This document shows, in pieces, positions 25,783 to 41,329 of a stretch of DNA of 64,000 nucleotides. This DNA is from Convolutriloba macropyga (Eukaryota). Each line of letters opens with the position of its first letter. Position 1 is the stretch's first letter. A model generated the notes under the pieces. The model searched no databases. It saw only the letters and a list, made by a program, of their open reading frames with translations, and had not been told where the DNA came from. A program made the translations under genes and the position numbers. The DNA lies in assembly GCF_964194025.1 (NCBI RefSeq), contig NC_134481.1, positions 1,054,001-1,118,000 on the forward strand, written 5' to 3'.

Positions 25783-28700
25783 ATGGTTTTTAAAAGCAAG
25801 TTTGACGAAGTTGACATTCCTGTCAAACCATTCTCTGACTTTTTCTTCGAGCATTTTGATAAGTACGGCGATGAGGTGGCATTGGTTGAGGCCGTTAAGG
25901 GTAAAACCTACACCTTCAAACAGATGAAGAGGTCATGCGAGCGGGTGGCAAGTGCTATGATTCGAAAAGGCTGGAAGAAAGGGGACGTTGTATGCATTTT
26001 CAGGTTTGTTAATTATCCAATTTTTTTACTCTTATTTCGATAAATTTCACAAATCTCTAACCCACACAACGTGAATTAATTCAACTTTTATCTTATACAG
26101 ATTGCAAAAAGTTAACATAGAGAGTATGGACGTATAGCAGCGGGTTTCGAGAAAAGAGTATAACAGCTTTTATGCAAGATTTTGCGGGGGAAGTGATCCC
26201 TGGAAATTCCGAATCAGCTTATATATGGACCTCACAGATATGAATCTGTATTTTAATTTTATCGAATAACTTATATTTTATCAGTAAAACTTTGTCGTTT
26301 TATATAACTTAATTCTGGTGCTATTTTGATCATCAATATTTGTAGTTATACATAGGAGTTGAGTTGCTACCCCCGAAGACCGACATTTTTAGGGGAGGAT
26401 TTTTTTTAATTGACGTTTATTTTAATTTTACTATTTATTTTAAGCTACAACAGCCCTGAATATTGCATTGCCTTTCACGGCCTGGCAGCAGCTGGTTTAA
26501 CGATAACAACATGTAACCCTGCATACACAGTTGAGGAGACGCAACACCAACTAAAAGACAGTAATGCTAAGTGTGTGTTCACTGTTAAAGACTACTTGGA
26601 CAAAGTGAAAGAGATCTGTGCAGGACTCACTCACTGCTCGGAGGTTTTCTTAATGGACGAAGAGAGTTCTCTCAATGACACGGCAGGCTCGTAAAGATAT
26701 TGCTATGTCATGATGATTTTTAAATTGATCTGTTAAAACTTATCATTTATTACTGTCATGTTGGTAATTTTAATACAATTTCGCTTAAACGTATTTTGTT
26801 GACCTTCCGTCAAAGGAAACTGAATGGTCAAAAACTCATGGCCAGAAGGTTAGGTGCCATTGTTACAAAATGCACGACTAACGAAGTTGTGGGGAAGCAT
26901 AGATTAATCGCCTGTAGGCATTATAATCTCGTGGAAATAATAATTTGACGCAGCAAACAGACTGGATTTAATAACATGTCGAGAGTAATAACATTCGACA
27001 TTAATGGCCAACCCAAGAATGGCGTCGGCCCTCGTGGTCTCGTTTGTTTCTCACTAACGACCTCGGACGATAATTTTAATTAGTTATAATTTATATATAC
27101 GACCTTATTGATGATAACAAATATTTAATAGGTGTACAAACTGCATATCGCTATCCATGGAAAACGTTATCTTGCTTTTTTAAGGTTCCAAATCGGTGTC
27201 AATCAGTCTTTTCAAAGACTTGATGAATGATGATGGATCTCACTTCTGCAACAGACCGAAGAATATTGACCCAAAAGAAGACGTTCTGGTCATTCCATAC
27301 TCTTCTGGAACTACAGGTCTACCTAAAGGAGTAATGCTGACACATTATAACCTCGTTGCAAATTTGTGTCAACTGAAACCAAATAATTTGCTCCGATTGG
27401 ACTTCAAACACGATTCTCTCATTGCGATTCTGCCGTTTTTCCATATTTACGGGATGGTCGTCATAATGTCTCTGGCTCTTTACCAAGGTATAAATTTACA
27501 CTTCTCAATTTTTAAAATAATAATTACTTTTTAAAGCGGTAGCTGAATTTTGACAGTATTCTGAGCCACTCCATATAAGCCATATTAGTAGGACTTTTCG
27601 GCAAAAACTGATCTGAATGAAAATGTGACCACCGAAATTGAGCAGAAAAGGTTCTGTCACAAAAAGTACGAAAAGCGTGAAATTCATATTTTGACCTGTA
27701 ATTGTGAGTTAAATTTCTGATTTATAATTTGTTTAATTGTTTTGTTTATAAGATGGTTTTATTCATGGGCTCCTATGTTTCGATTAAAACACGGAGGGAA
27801 ATTTTGTAGTCATGTCTTTTGTGTCAAAAAGGCATTCTTTTACTTCCGGAGTCTAATATTTGGGTATAAAATTTTGGTTAAAATTACGATTTTGTTGCGA
27901 TGTCATAGTAAAAATAAAATAAGCGTTTTAGGTGCAAAAGTGGTGTCGATGAAGAAATTTGAACCGAACAGTTTCTTGGCTGCAATTCAGAAGTACAGAG
28001 TGACTGTGTTGCCTTTGGTGCCTCCTATAATCCTGTTCCTGTGTAAGAGTCCTCTTGTGAAAGAGTATGACTTGAGCAGTGTTAGGGAGATATTCAGTGG
28101 GGCTGCCCCTCTGGGAAAGGAACAGGCGGAGGAAGTGACCTCCAAATTGGGAATTAAATGCCTCCGACAGGGTATGTAAAGTTTGGATGGAAATGCTTCT
28201 CTTTTGTTTGTAAAAAAACAGATTTGAAATTAGGACTGACTGTTTCTATTTGGAATAAGCAGTTTGAACACTTCTGTGTTGTCCTCAGTAAAAGCACGCG
28301 AAACAGTTTTTTACGAGTTTGGAAAATGTACAAAAACCAAAAATTGCTGTCTCTTTGTTTACCATCAGTAGAAGATAAGCAAATTTTTTACCAATACATC
28401 AAGCGTAAATGGTGCAGAGGGCTAAAAGAAGGAGGCTAAAAGAGTATCAACGGTCTGTTTTTAGAATACCGCGCCACATGAAATCTGGGAAAGATTAAAA
28501 TTTGCCTGTTCACTACTATTTCTGACAGTCAATTTTGACTTTAAAGTGTTTGGGGTCAGAGCAATTTTAAGATGCTTTTTGAGCATTTTCTTTGCCTTTT
28601 TCAACGTATTTGTCGTCTGCCATTAGTCCGTCTAACTATTCAGTTGTCTTTAACAAGATTTCTACTCAAATTTTGGCTCAAGTGGTTGTAGTTTTGGAAT

Positions 28701-31700
28701 GTTTTTGTTTGCTATTAATTGCACTGAAACGAAGTTTGTAGCAATTATATTACTCCCGTGGTCTTTTTAATGCAAATTTCTGCTTGGCCGATTTAGGGTC
28801 TGACTCTTTTAACTTTTTGTCCACAAAAACAGCTAAAGCCCGAATGTTATAAAGTGGCTGAGCAACTTTTTAAGAGCCTTACGCCTTTCTAGTCTCTAAG
28901 TGCGATTCACCGTAACCATTTTGAAGAGACAATTTCATTATGAAGGGCGGTTCTTTAAAAATTTGACCGTCCTCCTCAGTTATCTGCCCCTCCTCAGTCA
29001 CCCTCCCCTCCCCCAGCGCTCTACCGTCCGCGCTGCTCCACTTGACGATAGCTTGAGCCCCTCACCGACGCTTTGGCGGGTATGTTCTCGTCTTGTGTGT
29101 TCTAAGTTACTTTCTCGGTCAGAATTTGAAGCAGCTGATCTCAAGTACAGGAAGTTTATTTTAATTACTATATAATTAGTTGTCTATAATTACCTCTAAT
29201 GACGTCATTTTAAGCAATTTACTAAGTCCATTGCTCTCAGAGTGGAGCAGAGTACAATAGACTTGAGCCGCGTCAGATTTTTAGAGGCAAGTATTTATTA
29301 AACAAGTGAAGTAAAATTTCATCTTTCAAAAAATATGGGCATAAGATTAAAATGAACAATAGCAGCCCACATCTTCTCACCCGGCTATTCAACCAACTTT
29401 TTACGACTCGAGGAGGAGTAATTGCCATTGTTTATCATATTAAGGACTTGTGTTTTTAGAGCACGTTTTAGAGGAAGTCAAATGCCGCCCGTAAAGAACA
29501 CTGTTTAGGTTAATCTGCTGAAAAAAGGCAAAATCAGAGAACTATTGTTGGCATTTCGTCCCTTTCGACGCTTTTTTCATACGGTTTTTGTAATATCCTT
29601 CAGTTTCGGTAGCATTTTTAGAGTTTTTGGTTGAACTTAGTTCTAGCGGTTTTGATGATCTCTCAATATGATTGATGTTAATTTTTTTAGTTAACAAAAA
29701 TCAAGTTTTTGTTAAAGAAAATGGAGGAATTCTTTTTGCAAGTTTTTTTTTGCCAATAGTTGTTTCAGAGCCTCAACTTGAAGACAATTTTTCATATTTT
29801 TAATCAGACAGTTCTTATCAGATTTGGCTTTTCTCAATTTAGTTTTGTTTTGGTTTTGTTGCAAAGTGAAAAGTAGGAGTTTCATTTTGCTTAGTGAGTA
29901 GGTGGCTCGGGTGAATATGTAATTCGAATCGGTTGCCGAGTATTCTGGCTGGTTTTACTTTGTCGAACAAAATTTTTTTTCTCTTTACCATAGTTCAGAG
30001 CTTATTCAGCATTTTGCGAAAAATCGTTTTTTACTTCTCTTAGCTATTGAAAAACGGTTGAAATAAAAAATGGAAACGGGATAAACCCATTAAGCTCAAT
30101 TTTAGATGCCCGGTACTTTTACATTGCTTTTATAGGTCCTAGTTACCATTTCTAATTCTTATTAATTGCTCTCGTAGAAGCAATTATTGTATGCGTGTGT
30201 GTCTTTTTTTTATGCAAAATTTTTGCCTGACCGTTTTGACTTTTTGCGTTTCGCGTGATCTTAAATTCTCTCTTAATCACAATTTCAAGCAGCTGAACTC
30301 AATTGGCGGCAATTTAATACTAAAAGTCAATTGAAAAGTGCGCCGAAACCGAATCTTAATCGTGGTATATGTTAACCTCTAATGTGGTTATTTGAAGCCC
30401 ACTATTGAACTTCTTAGTTCCATTTAGGCTAACCCCCAACTGAAGCAGGCTGCCACTGATTAGAGCTCCCACCAGTCGTTCGAGAGCAATTCTTCCGACA
30501 TTTAGTCGCTTATGTTTGGTATTGAGACTAGCCACTGTGTCCTCACTATAAAACAGGAGTATGTTCAACTACGAAATGACATCAAAATAGTTCGCACTTT
30601 AAAAATATTATAGTACAAAATCAATGTTTTCTCTGAATCAATTTCGATGTTTTTCTAAAAATACAACTCGGCTACCATGTTGGCAGTATAAAAGAGATCA
30701 CAACTGTTTAAGGATATGGGATGACAGAATTGAGTCCTACCTCCCATTTCCCTCCGAGGGATGCAGGAATGAGACATGGCTCTGGTGGGATGACACTTCC
30801 CAATACAGAGTGTCTCATCATTGACACAGAGACAGGTGCCTCCCTTCCTATAGGGCAGGATGGAGAGGTGTGGGTGAGGGGGCCACAGGTGGGTACTTCT
30901 CTCTTGTCATCCGCCCAGCCCACTAAAGGTGGAATATTGTAGCATTTAACGGGTCATTTTGAACCCACAACATCAAAATTATTCATTTGTGTGCACATAT
31001 CGATAGTGGTTGACTTCAAGGCGCGTAAATGCTAAAAATAACAATAAATTAGAGGACTTCGGGGGCAATAACGGAATAAAGTCCGCAAAATAGTTGATCC
31101 TAACATCAGATTTGATTTTATCACACAGGTGATGAAGGGATACCTGAATAACGAGAAAGCAACGAGTGAGACTATCTCGAAAGAGGGATGGCTCCATACT
31201 GGTGACATTGGACATTTTGATCAGGACCATCACCTCTATATAACCGACAGACTCAAAGAACTCATCAAGTGCAAAGGGTTCCAGGTAAATATTTTGCATT
31301 TTTTGGATCTAAAATTACAAATTGAGCCTGTTTTTTTGTAAACATTGAAGAAGAGACATTATTTTTAACAAAAAATAATTGTTATGAAGTAAGGTTCTAC
31401 AAAATAATAGTTCTAGAAAGGTCGCGAAGACACAGTATGATTTTGTATTAACAGGTGCCACCCGCCCAGTTGGAGAGCGTCCTTTTAACCCACCCTGCAA
31501 TCCAAGAGTGTGCTGTGGTGGGTAAACCGGATGATAGGGCTGGAGAGTTGCCCAAGGCATACGTGGTCCTGAGACAGGGTCAAGTCACTAGTGCATTGGA
31601 GATACAGCAGTTCCTGGCTGAGAAGGTCTCTGCTGTACTTATTCTACTCTTCTTTCTCTTTTCATTGAATAATCAAGTTAACGGAAAACTCTAAGAAACC

Positions 31701-32408
31701 GATTTCTCTCAGATTAGAATTCTCTTTAAACAAGCTTGGTTAATCAAATAATTATCATGACTTCAAGTCAAGAAGAAATTTAAATGATATCTCTTGATAC
31801 AGAATTGGAAAATGCGATCAACGCAATTTGGATTTTTATGTGAACAACTGTTATATTGCAGTACATTACTCCTGCTCAGCCGAAGTGGGTCTTGGGTAGT
31901 CAGTGTTTAGGTTTCCTCAGTCATTGGACGAAACAACGTAAAAAATAGAAAATCAAATAATTATGATTTATGCAGTTTCGTGTCAATTAAAGTACTACGA
32001 CAAATTTTGCGTTCTAGCAATGATTGTTTAATAAATTCCGTTTCTCAGATAGAAGATTTGTGCAATAAAAACGTGACGAATACCGAATTTTTAGTATGTT
32101 GTTGTTGAGCAAATACTGCAAGCCGTCCGACAATTTTTTTAAGTTTCTGCGCTCATTAATTGCGAATGGATGGTTTACAAAACAGTGGCAAATCTGGAAA
32201 AAATATTTTCAGGTACATTTTTGGTTTAAATTGTACTATTTAGTAGTAATAATTTATAGAACGCATTTTCATTTCTGTATTTCAGGTGGCGCCTTACAAG
32301 CGTCTAGCAGGAGGAGTTGAATTTGTATCTGAGATACCAAAAACTGCAAGTGGAAAGATCCTGAGACGAGTCCTCAAACAGAAAGAGATGGAGGCAGCCA
32401 AGAAGTGA
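25783..32408 (+). CDS. 4-coumarate-CoA ligase-like / firefly-luciferase-like acyl-CoA synthetase (exons 25783-26003, 26445-~26686, 27185-27487, 27932-28171, 30713-30888, 31129-31284, 31455-31625, 32286-32408)
   Basis: [15 protein letters not shown]-binding motif, [64 protein letters not shown]. Splice phases are consistent. Confidence 0.93.
28717..29090 (+). mobile_element. HINE-like copy (degenerate) in acyl-CoA synthetase intron
   Basis: AATTGCACTGAAACGAAGTTTGTAGCAATTATATT start, a body similar to the 45028 copy, a C-rich tract and a CCGAC..GGCGG hairpin remnant. Confidence 0.65.
30164..30517 (+). mobile_element. HINE-like copy
   Basis: AATTGCTCTCG start. CGTTCGAGAGCAATT at 30477-30491 followed by CGAC-ATTTA-GTCG. 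Confidence 0.7.
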
Positions 32409-34501
32409 TCAAATAATTTCATGAAGGAAAGAAATGCCTGTTTTAAAAATAAATTAATGCTGTACTAATTCACGTAATCAAAAATTTAAGTAATAGTAAT
32501 AAAAAAAAGTTTCAATCTGAAGTTTTCATCTTTGCATACTGGTGCAAAAAATGAACCGCAAAATGTACTGAAATTAATTGAAATGAATTTTAATTAAATA
32601 ATTGAGCGTAATAATGTCCTGGTTGGCTTAGTTGTTGCTCTCATATATTTTTTACACTTTTTCGGGGGGATGGGGTTGTTTGTTGTCTTCTGTTTGCAAT
32701 CGTATGCCCTATCCGACTTTATTTGTAATCCATTATATTTAAGTGCAATCAATTATTTGAATTTTAATTGTTGTTCTATCTTATTCGATGCTTCAAATGA
32801 GGTAAACTCATGTGGGTGGTTAGATAATTGGCAGAAGTTCATCTCTAGAATTTGTAATGGTTCCGACCCACTTTAGTGGGGAAGGAACTATATGCTCAAC
32901 TGGTTTTTTATTCAGTACATTTTCGCCGATCGATATTATTCATCGTACCGAATTTCAAAATAAGATTTTTAAATTTCTTTTTCCCGAGGAGTTAAAGGTT
33001 TAAAGAAATGTGAGCCTAACTTCTTAACTTTTATGAAATGTGCTAAAATATGATCAAATTGTTAACGATAGTCTCATTGGTATTACGTTTCAAGTTAGAA
33101 CAGTGTTGATAATTAGTCTGAACCAACTGTTTTCAGCTAAGTTTTCGAAAGATCAGCGTTTTTCCTTATTTTTTTTTGCAAAAGTCCCTATTTGCTCCAC
33201 TTTGTCCAGTTTGGCAGGTGCAGACATCAAAACAGATGACATTATCCTCCTTTATTCAGATATGAGCTAGTTGTACCTCCAGTTTCTTAGAAAATGTTCT
33301 TGAAATTACATTTTTGCGATCTTTCTCTAATTTAAACCGACATTAATAAACCGAAATATTACAGATTTTCATTTGCCAATAAGATATTACGCAAATTTTA
33401 AGAAAAAAATGAGTTTTTTAACATCTGCGAAGTGATAGCAAGGGAACGTTTGGTCTCATCGTTGAATTTTCCAATGAAAAATGATTGTATTTTTGGTCTG
33501 TCATTTTCAATTTTTTTCAATTTTTTATCCCGAATAAATGAAAGTATTTTTTTCGATTAATAGGAGGTTCGATTAATAGGAGGTCACTTTTTTCTAATAA
33601 GGTCGAATGAAACAATGTGTTATATGAGTAAAGGGCATGGTTATTATGGCCCCGCAAAATTTTTCTCAAAAAATTTTACTTTATTCTTGAGTTTTGCTGG
33701 CGTTTGATTTTCATTTTTAGTCTTGACTAAATGCAATTAGTTCTTTGGTTCTGTGGTAATGTAACTCAATAAGTATCTTAAAACTCATCATCTATTTTTT
33801 GATATAATGAATTGTTGGTCAAATAAGTTATTTCGGTAACATTTGGGGCTCTTTTGTAGTGAAGCAGCACGAGCGGGAGCATTAGGTCAATTTGCGGAAT
33901 TTACAGTTGAAAAATTAATCTGATGTTGGCCCAGCTTATATTTGAAATACTTTTACCTTTTTTCTTTTTGATGTTAGTTACAGACCAGAATGATTTTAAA
34001 TCAAACCTCAATTATTGACTGGTCAGAATTACGTGCAGAGATAGGCTAATGAACTTACATATTATATTGAGTGTAAATTCTGTGTTTTTTGGCTTCAACA
34101 CATTTGCATAAAATTGTTCGTGAAATTTTGAGTTCTGCCTTTATTCAGGGTTAATGTGTAGAAATGTTTAAACTATTTACTATTTTTGTGTGAAAACTTA
34201 CGGTTATTATGCCTTACGCTTTTAAAAAATTTGTTTAAAAATATCTAAATAATGGTTTTTATAGTTTAAAAAACGATTTTTCTTAAATTTTAACATTTTG
34301 CAATGTTTGAGGCTCTCTTGCTGCCTTTTGCCATCATCACTTTGGTCGCATATTGATGAGCAGTCCCATATCACATCCAAATTGCCTAAATAATGCGCGA
34401 CTGATTATATTCAAGTTTTAGTAGCGATTTTGGTCTTATAGGATAAGACACCGTTTCCTCGCCAAATTAAAATGAACCATGGATTTTTTCTTGTATTGGT
34501 T

Positions 34502-36259
34502 AGTTGCTCTCAAACGAAATTTGTAGCATTGATCTTAGCTTTTTTTGACTGATTTTTCGTCCGACCCATTTGACTTTCCGTCCTCGAAAACGGGATAAAC
34601 ATGTAGGACCAAGCGGGCAATAAGTCCTCTTAGAGCTCTTCAGCTCGGTTTCAGCTTAAACTCTTTTGGAGACTTATGCTTATTGTGTGAAGGGAAGTTC
34701 TTAGAGTTTGAAGACACCCCCTGTTGATCCCCACTATTGCCCAAAGCCCCACCGCGCTGTTGCTCCCTCCACACTGCTGTCCCAAAACCTTATCAGCCCC
34801 TGGTGCACCCCCTCCCGCCGTGACTAGCTACTGACAAACAACCGCTCGCTAAAAACACGCATTTTTATACTTATTTTCACAATTTTTTCAAGCTTTTTGA
34901 AAATTTTTGTCGTTTTTGAGTTTAATCAGCCCTAGGTGTCAAGTAACCTCCTCAAGTGTTTGATGGTAGGTTACCGCTTAGTTCATGGTGGTAGTGGAGT
35001 TGTTTCAACTGTTTAACATTACTAATTTTAGCATTTTTTTAAAACAAAACGTGCAATTTTATTCCACTTTTTGGAAATTAATTTTTGAGTACTCATGTCT
35101 TTTCAGACGCAGGGGCCAGCAAACCTCCGGAAGGGTTTGATAATGAATTACTGAAAAAATTTTATTTGCCATTTTTAATATCAAAAATTTTATTTGCCAT
35201 TTTTAATATCACAATTTTCATCAAATTTTTGATAAAACTTGCATTTTTTCAAGATTTTTGTCGTTTTTCCGGTTTCTCTAGCCTCAAGGGTCAGATAAGC
35301 TCCTCTAGGGTTTGACAATAGGTTACTGTATAGTTTCTAGATGAAATGAAATGTTTTTCAAGATTGTAACATCACGAATGTTAACGTTTTTTTTTTCGAC
35401 AAAGCGTGCAAAGTTTTTTTACATTTATTTTGATTATTCAGGTTTCCTCAGCCTCAGGGACAGAATGCCTCCGTTATAGTTTGAGAGTAAAATACTTTAT
35501 AATTTTTTCGACCGTTGATTAGTTTCAACTTTTTATTATCACAAATTTTTGTATTTTTTTAATGAAACTTGCAATTTTGAGATTGTCATTTGTTAGGTGT
35601 CTCTGGCCGCAAGATCCACATAAGCTCCTCTGGTGTTTAATAAGTTACTGTATTGTTTCTAGATGTAATGGAATGTTTTTCATGATCTTAATATCACGAA
35701 CTTAAACCATTTTTTAAAAAATATTTTGAATGTTCTTGAAATTTTTCCGGCTCCAAGGTTTGATAATAAGCTCTTGCAGGATTGTTTGTAATTTTTTTAT
35801 GACTCCAGTTTAAGCAGTTTTTTGATGAAGTTTAATTTTAAATTTTCGGAAAATTATTGTCATGTTCCAAATGTATGGATCTTAATGGGCCAGTGAAACT
35901 AGCTGGTTTTGAAGGTTTTAATATTTCGAATATTAACAAGATTTTGTTACATTTTGCGATTGTTTTCAAAATTTTCAAAAGTTTTGTAAATGGGTTACTT
36001 GACAGAACTCCAGAGACAAAAAATGGTTTTAAACATTTTTCACTTCAAAATCTGGAAACTTTTCTTGTATATTTTGCAAATTTTTAAATTATCACGTTCT
36101 ATTTTGATTTATTTACTAACAAGGCTAGAAAAATAATAGTTGCAGAGTGGAATTGAGTTGAAGCTAGCCTCACTAAACCGTGGCTAGCTACTGACGCAGC
36201 CAACCGATCGCTGGTCGTTTGAGAGCAATTCGCCCGACGTTAGTCGGTTATCTATATTT
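34502..36259 (+). mobile_element. HINE-like copy expanded by a ~1.3-kb internal satellite-containing segment
   Basis: 5' AGTTGCTCTCAAACG. The body matches the 45028 copy up to 34850. 3' subTIR at 36216-36230 plus CCGAC-GTTA-GTCGG. Confidence 0.7.
34900..35800. repeat. Diverged tandem array, period ~160-180 bp
   Basis: A recurring AGCCTCAAGGGTCAGATAAGCTCCTCT.G.GTTTGA-like motif at ~34928, 35105, 35280, 35450 and 35606. Confidence 0.65.
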
Positions 36260-38093
36260 TTGTAGTATGACATGCGGATTAATGAACGGTCGCAGTGGTT
36301 TTCTATGAAGGTATAAACGAAACCAGTGAATGATTTCAATTGATAGCTAATTGCTTTCGCAACTTTGAATTTAGTTGTTTTAAAAAAGATTTGAAGTTAT
36401 TTTCTAAATTTGCCCCTACTGTCTACCTGTTAATTAGTCCCTATAGAGTGAGGTCCCATTTATTTTCTAGTGAAAGGCAAATCGTTTGGTTTAGCTTACT
36501 TTGTATCTGATGCTATTTTGAATTTTTCATTAAGATTTTCCGAAAAAATTAGATGACCTTGAGTTTTGATCGTAAGTAACGCTAGTTGTTTTATCTGATT
36601 TTGTTGTTTGTATTGTCACCTTAATGAAAGGCATCATTGTACCTGTTTTGAGTTATTGTTTCATTTGTATAGTGGTCAGAGCTTAGTGATTTTTTAAATG
36701 GATACACCAATTATTTTTTAACAATAGGTGATTTCTTGGCGGTTTGCTATCTCTTCCTCATTTGGTGGACAATTAAGTCAAAAACGGGTTGCGCGTGGTG
36801 GGAACATTATGTGCGAGCGCAAAATATTGAGCCGCTTTGTTATGGTTTTTATATAGAATCGGTCAATGTGGTTCTATAAAACAGCTTTAATTATTGAAGT
36901 GACTCTGGTCATTTTTCATATAGCGTATTTCGCTTCCATCTTACTCTGAGTGTAATGAGGCTAAGATATGCCCCACATCTTTGGCAAAAATTGCCTAAAT
37001 TCTGTCAGATAGTTTACGGTTAGTCTGTCTAGATAACTTCAAATGCCGTTTTAAGCCGCAATTTTTTCTGTATAATATCTGAGCTTGATGTGTTAGTGAA
37101 CGAATGGCTTGTTCACTCCTTATTTTGCCGTGAAGGCTAAGGCGACGGACAGCCTCTTTAAGCTTAGAGTTAAGTTTAATGGAAATACAACCACAAAATA
37201 TGTAAACTAACGACAGCCACTGAAGCTTCGATTCACGAATGAAGTGAACAGCGAATTTTAACAGCCGATTAATTGAAATTACTTTAATGGAAACGAATTG
37301 GAAGATTTCTAATAACCTGTAGGAAAATTCATTCCCTCATTAAATCACACATAAAAAGAATAGATGTAGTATGAAAGTGGCGGCAAATTATTCAACTTAG
37401 TAAACGAGTTGCTATCGTGATTTTTACAAAATTTTCTGATTTCTTAAGACGTGCTCTAGGGTTTGGGTTTGTCTATTTCATATGCTATGTTTGCTATTTT
37501 GCAAATCATTGGTACATCAGTTTGCAGTAACAGTTGCGATTGTGTCTTCGTTGCTTTCGAAGAGATTTTTGGCATGTATAACGGGAATGCCTTGTATCTG
37601 TTTGCCTGCTTTTTGTTCTGGTTTTTTCATAGACTGGATAGCATTAATGTCGCCTTTTTAAAACTTCTGCATTTGAGAGTCAAGTTTTTGTAGATGACAA
37701 GCTGTATTAGCAGCATTTCAGTATTCCTGATTTCTGTTTTTGTTTTGAGGCGTGACACTCATTTTTTGTTTTTACATTTTTTGCTCCGTGAGTTTGAAAT
37801 GAGCCGTTTTCATTATATGATTTTTGAGCACCTTTTCTAAGAGTCCTAGACTAATTTATGTGACATGATCAGTTCTAAATTTTCCATGGAGATCACTTTT
37901 TCACCGGGAAATATTTTTAATGGAGGTATGTTATTAATCCCACTTTTTTGAAAAAAAAAACAAATGGGAGAAATTTATGGTACCCCACTTTTTTGACATT
38001 TTTTGATGTTTGACATTTTTTGTTTTTGGTACAGAACAAACGAGAGTTCTTGTTTGGAATTTATGGTTTATCGAATATACTTTTCAGATAGAA

Positions 38094-39919
<1,826 letters not shown>

Positions 39920-41329
39920 ATCAACGTTGCTTTTTGAGCTCTGTTTGTCAGGATGTAGAAACTTGTCAGTTTGCTTGTTCAAGTTAAGCCTTTAAAGCCT
40001 GAAGTTTGAATTGACAACTTTCGAAACACGTAGTTTTGTGATGCAAGTTTTGTGATTCCAATATTTTTTACAGCTGCGAAGCTGTACTTGGTGCCCTTTT
40101 TTTTTTTACAATTCAATGGATTTGGATGGTATTGGCGCTCTGTCTTTTTTATTACGACTCGAAGTATTGGTAGAACGTCATCTTTTTGGTCGATAATTTA
40201 GTTGGAGTGCATTTTTAACAGGGAAGACCGCACATGGAAGTTTTCTGTGTTCAAGCGGGATTCTTAGTGTTTGTTTTTCTGCTGACTTTCATCTGAATAT
40301 TCTCAGGTGATTATTGATCTGCATATTCGCAGGATTTATAATGCAAGGCAGCGTTCAATGGTTTTTTTGTTGTTGAAGAACATCGAAGGAGGTGTATTTG
40401 TTGGTTCTTCTGGTAAGATTTTTAGCCAAATAGGTGCAAAAAAATTTTCTCTAAGCGAACAAGTTTTTTTTGTTAATGTGGTCTTTTTTGGGTATAGTAA
40501 TCTTTCTCATTTATACTTAACCAGCTTTTTTTCTGAAGCAAATAGTGGACTTAAATACAATTTTTCAGCTATTTTTGGCATTTCAGACACTTCATTTTTC
40601 CGGAGACAATTATGGTTGAAGTTGGGATTTTAATTAAACTCAGCAAAATCTTTGACTTTTTCAAATTTTCTGACTCTTTTCTCCGTTTTTCAGAGTAGTT
40701 TTTCGTTCACTCGTTCGTTTCAAAATTTTTGCTGGGCGTTGCTACCAAAGAGTAAATTTTATGTTAGACGGACCGGTTTGCAACAAAAAATGGATCAGAA
40801 GTTAATAATTGTAAATTTTTTAATAGCCGCCGTCAGCTTCTCATGCCGCTATTATTTAGGCGCTCTCCTTTTCAATTCAAACAATTTGAATTGTATTGGT
40901 GCGCTGTATTTTTTATAAGATCTGTTCACGCTTTTTTTCGGCTTTTTCACGTCAGTGAGAAGTCAAGAGTGGTGATTTTGGTCACACTGAAATATTAGGG
41001 GGGGGGGGGGGGGGGCAAAAAATCACGCAGGTTTGAGGCGTGACTTTTACAAATTCCTTTAAATTGGAGTGAGAAATTGGTGTTTGAACAATTTGGCGGT
41101 TTTTAAGATGGATTTTTTTTGCAGGTGCGTCAATTTGACTTCTGTTTACAGATTTTCCTCTCCTTCTGTGCTTTTAAGGTGGTACATTTGTATTCTATTT
41201 GTGCATGTTTGCCTTTGCTTGATTTCCTTAAGGGGCGGCTACAACTTTTTTTGGCTTTGCCAATATTTATGGTCATAAAATATTAGTGAATTTTTATTTT
41301 GCCCTTTGACCTTTTTTTAAAAAAATTTA

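Noticed and set aside
25783-32408. True firefly-type luciferase or a lux-like bioluminescence cluster with FAR
   Set aside because: The motifs are general to the acyl-CoA synthetase family, and FAR is an SDR-fold enzyme unrelated to LuxC. Nothing in the sequence indicates light emission.
32670-37693. Short Phe/Leu-rich ORFs in intergenic and intronic DNA (also at 40-43 kb, 48 kb and 50-52 kb)
   Set aside because: Expected from T-rich composition. No domains or consistent splice structure.
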